Below are positions 51,909 through 64,000 of a stretch of 64,000 nt of DNA, piece by piece. A program made the position numbers and the translations under genes. This stretch comes from Ophelia neglecta (lineage: Eukaryota). Numbering within the stretch: the first letter of the stretch is position 1; each line of letters begins with the position of its first letter. The notes below the pieces were generated by a model that had not been told where the DNA came from, searched no databases, and saw only the letters and a program-made list of their open reading frames with translations. Where the stretch lies: NCBI GenBank assembly GCA_965285935.1, contig OZ260665.1, positions 27,218,001 to 27,282,000 on the forward strand, read 5' to 3'.

Positions 51909-53247
51909 GACCAACTTAACACAATGGCCTTGGAGAGTAATATACCATAAAATCATGCTTATAATTGTTGGGCATACAAACTGGAAGAACAAGCTTTTTG
52001 TGGCAACTGTAAAATCTTTAAAACAAATTCTGATTTAATCCTATGTACAATCTGCCATCAGGTGTCATTTCTATTTTTACCTTTGATTTGCTAATTCTTG
52101 GCTTATTCTTGGTATTGCACCTGTACAAGATGAAGGCCGGATTCTAAGTCAGCCTGTCCCCTGCCAAGCCCTTTGTCCCAGCAGCACCATTGGGGATGTC
52201 TGTCATGAAGGTGGGCTGAGATCGAGGTTGGTTTCCTCAGGGCATTTCTTGACATGCCAGTCTAATCATTCTATTTGTATGATGTTTATAGGGTTTCTCC
52301 TGTCTTTGGTTGTTTTACCTGTCAGCCATGACTCGGGCTCTCCTAGTGTCCACGGTAGATCTAATATAATACCAGTGTTAGCTCTTCTTACATGGCTCCA
52401 CCAATCTACATCGGTATACAGTTACTATCTGAGCCATACAGGTGGTTCATTTGATTCCATTTTGCCTGTCCACTAAGACATCTTTAGTATTAACTTATCA
52501 AGGACCATTTCTTACATGGTAATTTCTATCTGGCCCCCAATGATAATTACATGGATATTTCTTAGTTTTCTCACCAGCCACAGGGCAATGCATTTAAGAT
52601 CTCCATTTATCTATTTTCCTTAACTTTTATAATAATTACTAAGAACACAAATCTAGTTGTTTCAGAGCCTTGGCCATCCAGAAAAAAATCAGTACACTTT
52701 ACTGATAAGCAATTGTTGTCTGCCGACCCGACAGGTAATTATTGCTCACTAGGCTAGGTGTTAAGGTAATTATCACTAGAATTAAATTAAGAATAACCAG
52801 GTAACACCTGGAATTTCTTGACAAGCTGCTAGCCTTGATATAATGGACCAAGGTGGCCCGATGTAGTAATGTATAAAGTCGTGTCAGGTATTGCCTCCTT
52901 GTGAGACGGCCATGATGGGTTGCTGCTCCATAAATCATGCCCAAAAATGAGTGTTTCGGGTGGTTAGGTTAGGAAATAGCTTTAATTTTGAGGGAAAAAA
53001 TGATTCAGTAATCATTCTCTGAGCAACGAATTGAGAAATATTATATTTCACCTAAAACAGTATGGAGACAGAATAGGCCCATATTTATGTATGCAGTGCA
53101 TATCAGTGGTGTGAGTGGGGTGACGATTCCATGATAATTATATACAGTACAGTGGGTGACCAACAGTGGTAGAAAATCATGTGCAAGGAAATCGTGTGAT
53201 GTGTTGGCAGCTACATTCAGCTGCAGACGGAAACGTGGCGTATATAA

Positions 53248-53420
53248 TTATGATAATAAATAGTATGCAGGTAGAGTGTACATGGCGTGTATCCATCAGG
53301 TTTACAGACGTATGCTTCACCGACATTCAGAACACAGATTTTATGTATTATTATGATAATAAATAGTATGCTGGTAGAGTGTACATGGCGTGTATCCATC
53401 AGGTTTACAGACGTATGCTT
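53248..53420. repeat. 70-bp direct duplication (period 103 bp)
   Basis: 53248-53317 versus 53351-53420, 1 mismatch. Confidence 0.9.
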
Positions 53421-55680
53421 ATTTTTAGAAGATAACTGATCAAAAGAATTTATATAAATGTATAAATAAATGTATAAATATTTGTGTCTGTACAAACAAT
53501 ATTATTATGATGTGGCTACCAATCAGAGAGCATGTCCACTGCCATACGCACATGGGTTTAAAGGTCAATGGACAACCTGTGTAGTCAGGATATAAAAGTA
53601 TGGGGTCGTGCTGTAAAAAACGTGAGATATACTTGTAGTCAATTTTATCTCCATAATTAGACAGCAGATTGGCCTGTAGATGCATGGTTTGGCTAAGCAT
53701 GTTGTCAGGAGTCAACAATTGATGTTGACTGTGTGGAGCCATGCACCGGAAATCAGCAGACGGATGATACCACGAACTCTAGGCACGACCCCACAGGTGG
53801 TCTCATTGACCATGCATGACAGTGATGTCATATCTGTGGTTTGGCCATAACTTGTCTAATAAACATCTGAACCTGTATGGCCCTTAGTACACTTAGTGTC
53901 TGTGTGTAGGGAGTTATCTCTAATAGACAATATTAATGCCCTATCCTAGAGGCAAATACTTTAATGTGTTAACCATTAAACCTGGATACATGTATTACCA
54001 GGGCCATAGTAAACAGTGACTGGCAGTAATATACACAATACCAGCAGATAAAGGGTTAATCCAGATTCTATACATTGCCTTTAGGGGTTAAGGTATAAAG
54101 CCATTTTTGCTGTTTATCATTATTGTTCCCATTTATGTCAATAATGTACATCAAGAGCCAGCTGAGTCTCTTGGAGCCCAGACCTGTATGTGTGTGTATA
54201 ATATAGGACTGTGTTCCCAGGTTTGTAGGATGCTGACCGAGGCCTGTGTAGGGACTAGCTAGTGTAATGGTCCTCTTGGAGATATCTCTTGATGGAAGCA
54301 TGTTTGTAGCTAGCCTTGGACATAGAAATGGATGGATTGTAGTATTTATATTGTTTAATGTCGCCCTGTGATTGCACACACACTTTGCAGAAAGCCTTCG
54401 TCGTAAAATACCCCAAGTTGGGGTGGAAGTTCTACCACTCATCGGGGTATAAATCGCTTGCCTGTGCTCATCTTTTATCCCACTGAGTAGCCCTAAAAGC
54501 AGTCCATTATCTCCTACTTCAACTGAATTGCAAGAAATATATCATGAAGGAAACTTTGTACATTATTAATCAGAATCTAGTCTCTTTAACTGTTCTGGTA
54601 TTATGAAAATAATGCCTTCAGATTGTCATTATAATGCCCTGGGTAATTCTGGTGTACAGCTTCATTGCAGTCAGACTAGGGTCGTTCAAGTCATGGCTTC
54701 ATAGCCTGTCACTTTATATCCAGGGAATCAAGCTCAATACTCTCAATTCAGATTTTTTGTTGATGGTAACTGTTCAGTACACCAACTCTCCTCCTAGCCT
54801 AATTACCCCTAGGCCTATTACATTCATCAACCACTACCAAGGAAATGGTATTCATAGGTTCAGGGAAATTCATATACCTGGTTAGAATAGGTGTATTCCC
54901 AGAAACAAATTCCTCAATAGCCAGGTGTGGCAGAAAGTGAAATTAGACAGACTTATTTTTGAGTTGTGAGATATGACTTTACGATGGTAATTGCTGATTA
55001 TTTTGAATGGTGGAGTGTTTATGTAGATTGACCCTGTATGTTAATAAGGAGTTTTCTTTGTCCTGGACAAAGTGATGGGTGGTAAAGGTGACATGAACAC
55101 TGGAATTTCTAACCTAGCACCAGACTTTTGTGTATGGCCTCCTGGTTACTAACACATTCACTATACATGGCTAAGCCAAAGAAAATCATTTGTTTGAGAT
55201 TTTGGCATCATCAACATTTAAGTAAATGAACCAAATGTGAATTGTGTATAAAATATATTCACTAACTTTGCTCTGCTATGTTGCTGTTAATAATTTATTC
55301 ATTTCTAAAAAGATGACACTGTTCTTAAAAGTCTGATTCAAATAACTCCCTGTCAGAATTGTATTCTGGTGGCGAAGGTGATGTACTAAATCTGACAGAT
55401 GATTTACTTTACTGCTTCCAGGTAGCAGTATAACATCTCTAGGACTTTAAAATATTGACTTTACTGTCATTCAGAGAAAGTTCACACTGGCCTTTTATTG
55501 GCCTGTCCAGGATACTTGGGAATATGGCCGCTGCCGTAAGAACATCTGGCATCGCGTTTCACAAGATGTGGAAATGATTATTATACATTTCTTTAATATC
55601 TGTTTTCAGATAAAGCTCATTTATTCAGGTATATTACTATGACTTCCTGCGGCAGTACATGACTATAAAGCACAGGATTG

Positions 55681-55694
55681 GTTGCCATGGTAAC
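55681..55694. promoter_or_regulatory. Consensus RFX X-box
   Basis: GTTGCCATGGTAAC. Confidence 0.45.
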
Positions 55695-58600
55695 CAAGGC
55701 AGGTGTGTGCCACTGGGCTTCCTGCTTTAGGTACAAACAAAGGCAGGATCCTCATGTCTGTCCGTCTGCTCCGCCAACCTCACAAGGCAGGTGGTGTGTG
55801 GATACCTAAGGTAGATCAAAACACACAATGTCTAAACACCACCAACTCTTAGATCCCTCCCCTTGAAATGGTCATCAGTCAGGGCTACTGTGATTTACTG
55901 ATTAACCCTACTGATGTTTATCATACATACATTTGTCTGGCACAACAGTCCAGGAAGCAATATCACATTGCTTGAAGACTGTTCACTTTGAGCTGGTGAC
56001 TCCAGTATCAGTTTGTAACTATTTAATGTAATCAGGCCAATTTGGTGTCTAACATGATGCATTCTCCAGGGAGGACCTTGACAGAAACACTGCACCGTGC
56101 ACATTATATTTCATGTCATTTTCTATGGGTAAATACCTGTCCTAATGGGGCTAGTCTGTTCTCATTAATCATGATATATAGCTAAAGTAGACAGCATACA
56201 TTTTGTCAAAGGCAGCTATAAGTACTGTAAGCATCAAGGTTGTTTGTAGTTTCAGCCATTATTCTCTGTATTGAGTTGGTAAGATGGCTTAATGTTGTTA
56301 CAACACAGGAAAAGAGAGAGACAGCAGACGGCATACCTAGATCTAGTAGATCTCTTCTCCGGTTTTTAATGGCTCAATAGATGCCAGTTCCCATTGCAGG
56401 GATAAAACTATTGTCCTTCACCTTAAATCTGTGTTCCTATGGCAGATGCAGAATAGGCACCCTTGGTAAGCAGTTTATTCATGTGAACAGTGAGCAAGCA
56501 TGGTTTTTAATAGCCAGTGTCAACAGCACAAACCGCCATTGAAAGAGCTGATGTGGATAATCTGCATTCCTGGCGCACAGATTCTCCAATAAATCCCTGT
56601 ACAATACACAAGCCTTTGCCATCTAACTGGAGTGCCTCTCGATTGTGGCTCCTCTACAAACAAAAGGCTTGATGCCTTGCCTGCAACACAAAGAATTGAC
56701 ACCACCCCTTTAACCCCTTTCACATTCCAGGAACTCACAAACAATGGCACTGTTCCCCCCACCCCTTCCCCCACTTCCCAATCAGCTCCCGAACTCAGTC
56801 ATTGGCTTTCACTGCCAGTCTTTGTCACGGATGATTTGTTGACATAAGGATTTTTTATGATTATTAAATAAACAGAGTTTGTGGGATATTGGGGCTTGTG
56901 ATATTGAGAGAGAGTGTGGCTGTGTTATTATAGACAGGTGGTGTGACAACGGAGCAGGCTGATGATTGAATCCCTTTGTATCCAGCTGGCCTACTAAATA
57001 AAGCCTTTGTCTGCCTACTGTTTGATGTGGCAAAAACCCAACCTTTATTGAAAGACTATTTTTGTTGTAATTTTGCATGCTAAACACATCATTTGACACT
57101 ATTTAGGCCGGGCTAGTTGTATATTGACCCAGTAAATCAGGATTGAAGAGATTGACTCTTGTCTGTGTCACATAGGAAAGCCTTTGTCATATTTTCTCTT
57201 TATATTATTTTTTCTGTGTTTCACCCTTCACCTTGATGGGATCCACCACATTGAGCCCAGTATTAATGTGCAGTTGTTTTTACCATCACAGAGTGTGAGA
57301 AGCTTCGTAATATGATGTATTGCGGACACATCTTGACCTCTGGTAGTCTAGGCAGGATGTAGGAGTTGACTGTTGCAGTCCCTGCACAATAGGTCTGCCA
57401 ATACCATAAATGTCACAGTGTTAATAGTTTTTCTGTCATTGTTATTTTCCAGCTTGCTTCCTCAGCATGTAGCCATTGAGCCTGCCTCTGGCTCTGAAGG
57501 CTTAGGAGAGTGCCCGAGTTAACAACTGGCCTCACCTCGGTTGATGTCTTATAATACAAGTCAGATCTGACTACTGCTGAAGCTTAGCCTTAATTGTGGG
57601 TCTTTGGTGGTAGGAGGGTGGACTGACAAAGGGCTGGTGTGTCCCTGAAGGGATGAAGAGGTCAGCCTCAATAGGACCCAGCCATGTATGGCAGGCTCTG
57701 GGAGACCTGCTGATAATGATGTCAAATGGACAAGACCAAATGGTACTTGTGGGGCGTGCCCCTTGTCTCTGGCATCTGTGATGTGTAATATTACATTATC
57801 TGTTTGGTTATAAATCAACATTAACACAGGGAAAAAAATGATGGAAAAGGATTTGAAATTAATAAATGAAATGATTTATCACTCTAATAATATAATAAAT
57901 CATAGTTATATCAATAATTGAAAAGTATTATAACTAGTGTATATCTTGACACAATGCCCAGACTTTGCCAAGACTAGAAATATCATTTCTTGCAAATATT
58001 GTTTTAATTTACATTCATTTTGTATATGTCTCTCTCATAGTTAAGGCTATATTGACAGCACTTCATTCTATGTAATTTGTTGTCTTTAACAACGATGTCA
58101 TTCCTCCGAGCTGGGATGGAAGTCCCATGTTAACTAACATAATAAACACCATCTAAGTAGATAGGCTCACTATTAAATAAACCTCAATAACTATTATCAT
58201 AGGCACACACCATGTACTGTTACCATGCCATTCATATATACACTGCGGTTAAGACAATTTAGAAGGAATATTTACACTTTAAGTCAGTCATGTTTGTTAA
58301 AGGACAATTGCAGCCATGACATTCTTCTGTCTCTGTTCCTTCACTTAGTACAGGGTTATACATTGTACCTGGTGCTGGCTTGTTACCAGGCCTGCTGCTT
58401 GTAGAGCAGAATGACAAACACTAGTCTAGGTGATGTTTACCAGGAGCAGCCTACTATACATGGTATCAAGAGACCTGTCTCAACGCTCATTCTAACAAAA
58501 CAAGTTGGTGCTACATGGCTCATGATAACGGGTCACAAGATTGTTAACAATGCGCAAATGGTTGGAAAACTAAGTCGTATAATTGTGGTTGAGAATATGG

Positions 58601-58763
58601 CCTGATGAGACCAGTTAATGTTGGTCTTGTGATTAATAGTCTACCATATACTATAGCTTGGTGGCCATAAAATGTGTTTTTGATGCATACAAGCGCCATA
58701 TCCATGTTTGAGGCCTTGTCATGTAGTGGGCATGTTGTCATGTCCTGAAGGTTGGGCCAGACA

Positions 58764-58772
58764 ATGGTGAAG
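58764..58772 (+). CDS. Candidate alternative start MVK (phase 0)
   Basis: Strong Kozak ACA-ATG-G, 3 codons, perfect donor AAG|GTAAGT; in-frame TGA upstream at 58746. Confidence 0.25.
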
Positions 58773-61106
58773 GTAAGTTGTCCCTGTTGTACATGCACAC
58801 CTTGCATCCCACACATTGCATCCTGCAGGCAAAGTAACAGGGCCTTGGTGGAAACTTGACTAGGGATGTATCTGAAGATGTAACAGCAGTTAGGACTGAT
58901 ATCTCCATTTCCCAGCCCCCAGCTAAATTAGTAGGCTGATAGCTGGGACAGCCAGAGCAAGGGAACCCCTTGTAAAATGCCACATGATATACACAGAAAA
59001 TCACCATCAATTATTGAGAAATCAACTTGGATGTCCTTGCTCTGTGTCAATGTGATGAATTGCTGATTCTCAGGGGTAATTTGTCACAAAAGATCAGGCT
59101 TTGATCACACATCTCTCTGACTGCTGTTCATATTTCATTTGATCGCCTGTGAAGGGAAGTCTAACTGGCATATTTCCATAAGGATGGACAAGAAGGTAGA
59201 ACTATGTACCCTCTCCAAACTCATAGAATTACCTTATTGCCATCGTGAAGATCTTTTAGAATCAGAAATACAAAATCATCATGTGTAACAGTTAACAGTC
59301 TTATATTACATGTAGTTTTACAGCCCCCCCCCCCCCCGCCCCCCTTTGTCAAAGTTAATACTATGCATGCTCGCTGAATTGTAACATGGTGTACCTTTCC
59401 GACCTTTATGCATCACAGCTATTTCCTAAAATGGTTTACATCTGTCTAGTTCAAGGCCTTTTGTAGGCAGAGTCCTGATGAGAAATGGCGGAGAAGAGGC
59501 GGAGGGATCGTAGATCGTAGGGTGTCCTCTACACTGATGACAGATAAGAATGTGTACCTCCCTTTACGTTACAGGTGACCTGGATAACCCTGTGCTGCTT
59601 GTGACTTCGACTGTTTGACACAAAACAAGCTAAGACTGAAAAATAAAGTAAAAAACAACATCCTACACAACTGTTGGTATTTGTGTATCATAAAAATGTC
59701 TAAGACACATTTGCTGTGGTGTATCTTGATGGATTTGCCTCATAGAGTCAGTATTTATTAACCAGTTATGGCTGTCCAGTGTAGAGTGCACACAATGCTC
59801 AGTGGAATATGTTCTGATTAAACCATGGTATGAAACAACTACTCTCAATTTCAACTTGATTTTATGTTTTCATCAATGGCAAAGCAGAGAGTTTGTTGTT
59901 TTCCTCTGAATATGATTTTAATTCTTCTTTAGGGCCTTTTTGATGGTTCTGGGGGAAAAGGGTGATGTCACATCTTTCACTCCACACAGAAGAATGCTGT
60001 TGCTGTGCCATCATGTTCGTCCTTGCATTTTGAAAAGTGTTATTTTATTATGACATTAGCCTAATCAAAATGAGGTCCCTCTGTATTGTATGACAAAACC
60101 AGTGCCCTGAGGACCAAATAAATGTAGTATTTATGAATATTGACTGTCAAATCCTGGGCATTAGGCCCATTGGAGAACAGCCTTGTGTATGTTTTCTACA
60201 ATCAAGTCGAGTGGGGAGCCTTGCTCTTGGTCTGTTACAAACCAGACTCCTCCATTATACATTCTTACTGGGTGTCTTAGATGTGCCACATGCCTTTGGC
60301 AAGCCTAAGAAGTGATCTGAATTTCAACTGCTGTATTGCCAATCATGTAACACCTATAAAAGGAATGTAGTCTCTAAAGCTAGAAGCCAGGGAAATATAC
60401 TTGACAGTTGTGTTAGTTAAATAAGAGGACACAGTGGCACTGAGGCCATTTTGAATTAAACTGGTATTAAGGATGGACGTGGGTATATGGATAGATGTAG
60501 GTAACCAGGAATGGAGGGATTCTCAGTTATGTTGACCAGAGACAGCCCAGTGTTGCTGGGGTCTGTTAGCTATGTGGCTGGTATCCTGCTTATGTAGTTT
60601 ATGATAAATAGGATTGTCATTGACCACTCAGTGATCAGTATGTTTTGTACAAGTTTTTACTTGAAATCTTTATTTTAATTTAAGAAGATGCGTTATTATG
60701 AAGGAGGCATAGTTCCTTCCCTGCAGTAGTATCCAACTCGGTTACTGAGGACAAGAAGTAGTTTTTGATTCTGGAAAGAAAAAGCTACACCATTTCTAAA
60801 TGCACTTAGAAATTAAATTAAAGCTCTAGCTGCACACACTGTAACTGCAGTGATCGATTTGACATCTTGTTTGGAGAGATGTCTGAGAGATTCCTGCACC
60901 CTCCTCACTACTTGCTCTCTGTATATCTACAAGGATAAAAACATTTCAATACCTTTTATCCAATAAATCATATCTAATGCATAAGTTTTTTTGCCATCAG
61001 CAGTCTTCATTTTGTTATTTTTAATGTAATGCAGTGCAATGTGTGACTTTCCTCCCTGTGCGTTAAAAGTGTCCTTACTTTCAGCCTATTTCCAGTTTTT
61101 TTCCAG

Positions 61107-61286
61107 GTTATGGGAAGATTGTTTGGTGGCTTTATCTTATTTCCCAGTAAGGTGATCAGGGGTTTGTATCAAAGGGCATACCCTGACTTCCTGTCAGAAG
61201 CCAGTCCCGGGTGGTTTCCAAGTGATGGCGCATGGTTTGCCAGAGATCTCCGCCTCCTGCATGCCGCCAGCCTGCAGGACCAGTCT
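61107..61286 (+). CDS. Candidate symmetric 180-nt exon (phase 0-0), VMGRLFGG...AASLQDQS
   Basis: Acceptor TTTTTTTCCAG|, donor TCT|GTGAGT; only the phase-0 frame is open throughout; no recognisable domain. Confidence 0.3.
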
Positions 61287-62216
61287 GTGAGTTATACTCT
61301 AGATATACCAGTGACAAGTCATATCGACTGAATTCAAGTTGAAGGATTTCCTTTTGCCTGTTCTCCCCTTTCGGCTTATGGTTGCTGTGGATAATTCTCA
61401 CCCTTTGAGATTTCCCATGGATCCCTGACACAGCTGCTATCCAGTTGATAAACCATCTCAAAGGACTTTCCAGTAATTAAATTGTCTGAAAGGCTCATCC
61501 ATGACCACAGAGAGCAGCTAACAATATAGTTTGATGGTATCACCCTTGCAGCAACCATATGGTGCCTGTCCGACCAAGCCAGTGTTCAGATACTCCTTAC
61601 ATGCCTTTGACCAGTAGACAACTTTTGCACAACCAGATTATACAACCAGTGTATGCAAATTGTCTGCCCCATCAATTCCTGCCCTCCGTTTGCAGTCGCA
61701 GCCCTTGCTGGTCCTTTCTGACTTGGTGGGCTGCTGCTGTTGCAGTAACTTTTGGGTGTGATCACTAATGAGCTACACTCTTGAGTACAGTGTAGTGGGT
61801 GTTTGTTGGCTGAGCCCAGGACCAGAGACTCCCCTCATTGCTTCTGACTGCCTACAGCCAGATCCTGGCTCTCCTGCTGTCCCGTCTGGCAGGTCTGGGT
61901 CGTAACTCCTGGCAGCATCATCGCTCTCCCGCCTCTCGCAGCAATCTGCAGTCAAGCCATTGTTACCCGGCCACAGTGGCGCTCCATTCAGACTGACTGC
62001 AGATCTTAGCTAGCTCGGATAGCATTGGGAAGTGGGAAACAAGAGTTCCTGTTATCACTGCCACTACTGATACCAGGCGTACATGCTGACTGGAGATGAG
62101 GCTGATCTAAAGACCCGACAGTAGGCAAGCACTCTTAGTTAATACCACTAAAATACCACATTGTGGCAGTGGATTCTGGCAAGACGGCCGCCAACACTTT
62201 CCTCACCCCTCTTCAG

Positions 62217-62240
62217 CTAAGGCTTCCTGTCCTTATTAGG
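62217..62240 (+). CDS. Candidate 24-nt microexon LRLPVLIR (phase 0-0)
   Basis: Acceptor CACTTTCCTCACCCCTCTTCAG|, donor AGG|GTAAGT; the other two frames contain TAA/TAG. Confidence 0.35.
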
Positions 62241-63214
62241 GTAAGTCACTCCATCATATACAATAACTGTACAAAGCAATCAAGGGAAATCAGCATTATG
62301 TAATATCAAGCTTTAAGTTGAATCTCTAATCAGTATTTCAAGACAGAAGCTCTTCAAAAGTCCTTGTTTCTAAATGGCTTCAGTAGACCATGATGTTTCC
62401 TTTGTCTGGTTGACCCTTTGAGATAAGTAGCAAAGGTCAAAGCTTGGTTGTATTTCACAGCTTAATACATCATTAATAAGATCAAAAGAAACTATGAGAG
62501 GATCATTTAGACGTACATAGGTGTGGAGCTGAACTTCATGTGATTTCTTATACAGGCTGAGTCAATGCCCCATGGCTGACCCAACTCTGCAGCTCATAAG
62601 GGGCTCCTTTCAATGAAAATGGATCAATTTGTGTGCTAAAATAGTCGTGTTACTATGGTATTTCTGCTCAGCTGGGAAGCCTGAATGCCTAGTAGCCTGG
62701 GAGAGCATCCATTGTGGATTCAGATAAAGTCTAGGTGCACTAGCTGCCCATTGCTGTCCAATTGTAGGCAGATAACATGTGGAGATGGAGTTGTGATTGG
62801 CCTCTGTAGCCACTGATGAGGCTATAGGCATTCTGTAATGTAGTTTATAGTCCCCTGCAGTGAGCTGGCCGAGCAACACTCAACAAATTGTAGTCTGTTC
62901 AATAACGGATCCCTTGCTCCATGGGGTGACTTTAAATTAAATTGGGCTGACCACCGGCTACATCTTCTGCTGTTGGCAGTCATTACGTGGAGTGATATAT
63001 TAGTGACAGTCTCAGGCAGTAGGCAGGGATAGCCTTTCCTACAGGGTACAGGAGCAATCAATGGCCAGCCAGCCTTTATTAGAACGCTCATAATGCCATC
63101 TGCTATCCCAAACTTAAAACATGGCTATCATTTGGCCACTTTGTCCAGTGGCCCCATGTGTCATTTAAGGATGGATGTCAGTTTGGGAACAGCATTTCAG
63201 CCTGGCCGTCTGAA

Positions 63215-63680
63215 CCACAATACAGCCTTCAGGATAGCAGCCATACAATACAGCCTTCAAGACAGCAGCAATACAATACAGCCTTCAATAGCTGCAATAC
63301 AATACAGCCCTCAAGAGCAACAATACAGTACAGCCTTTCAAGACAGCAGCAACACAATACACTCTTCAAGAGCAGCAATACAATACAGCCTTCAAAAGGG
63401 GCAATTCAGCCTTCCCATTTGCAGCCTATAGAGCCTTCAAGACGGTGACAATCCAGCCTGTCCATTTGGCAAAGCCTATCAAGCCTTCAAGACAGCTGGT
63501 GATACAGCCTACCAGACAGCCTATATAGCCTTTAAGACAGCTGGTGATACAGCCTCCCAGACAGCCTATATAGCCTTTAAGACAGCTGGTGATACAGCCT
63601 ACCAGACAGCCTATATAGCCTTTAAGACAGCAGCAATGCAGCCTGCCCCTGTGGCAGAGTCTTTATAGCCTTCAAGACAT
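63215..63680. repeat. Composite tandem repeat: degenerate 28-bp units grading into 45-bp units
   Basis: AATACAGCCTTCAAGACAGCAGCAATAC ~7 copies, then CTATATAGCCTTTAAGACAGCTGGTGATACAGCCTACCAGACAGC with starts at 63521, 63566 and 63611. Confidence 0.9.
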
Positions 63681-64000
63681 TTCCGATAGGTGCTGACATC
63701 CAGGAAAATGTGTAACATTACCAAGGTAGTAATCTCCGCCATATTGATTACAAATGGGGACTGTAGCACCACTGACAAGGCAAGGAAATACAATCGGTCT
63801 GTGTTCTCAAGAATTCAGTACTGCTCCTCTGGGAGAATACATGCAGACTGTATCCATGTTAAACTCAAGCCCAATGGTTTTTATGTAAATCTATCATGAT
63901 ATTGACCATGCTAAAAGACTTTGAGGACCTGGCCATTTCCTTTGCACATATATCTTAGAAGGTAGTTGATATTTATCAAAGCTGCTACTCAATATCCACT

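Noticed and set aside
53087-53116. MYAVHISG|GTGAGT and similar weak phase-0 hits (39605, 39677)
   Set aside because: No promoter or compositional support; they illustrate the chance background for such matches.
53969-54059. piggyBac-like TTAA...GGGTTAA MITE
   Set aside because: The left end matches the right TIR too poorly to support a call.
1-64000. TGCATG (Rbfox) and CArG-box enrichment
   Set aside because: Rough by-eye counts (about 20 and 6) are close to chance expectation for this base composition.

Overview
Animal (metazoan) genomic DNA, AT-rich and CpG-depleted. A tRNA-headed Meta/MESC-core SINE points to a lophotrochozoan, probably a mollusc (inference). There are no prokaryote-style genes, rRNA or CRISPR arrays. 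All long ORFs in the supplied track are by-products of tandem repeats. The window reads as the 5' part of one very large + strand gene. Between about 31 and 62 kb there is a series of short ATG-initiated or micro exons, invisible to the ORF track, that end at GT donors in phase 0: MSVPVVR|, MSQFMLLGGGDVQSSLNGPVPMHLVQ|, MLLLTSNG...YEKYMKALETNLQ|, ...PPSMLTVK|, MVK| and |LRLPVLIR|. Several lie behind promoter-like, locally CpG-rich patches. This suggests a cassette of interchangeable N-termini spliced onto a common exon beyond the window. A PTBP/hephaestus-type RNA-binding protein is the favoured but unproven guess. Also present: a candidate recursive splice site/RS-exon, a candidate poison exon, several RFX X-boxes, about 15 tandem repeats (17-58 bp units), one intact SINE with TSD and two TA-flanked MITEs. 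Two of the mobile elements are nested in minisatellites. All exon calls are made by eye and need RNA data.
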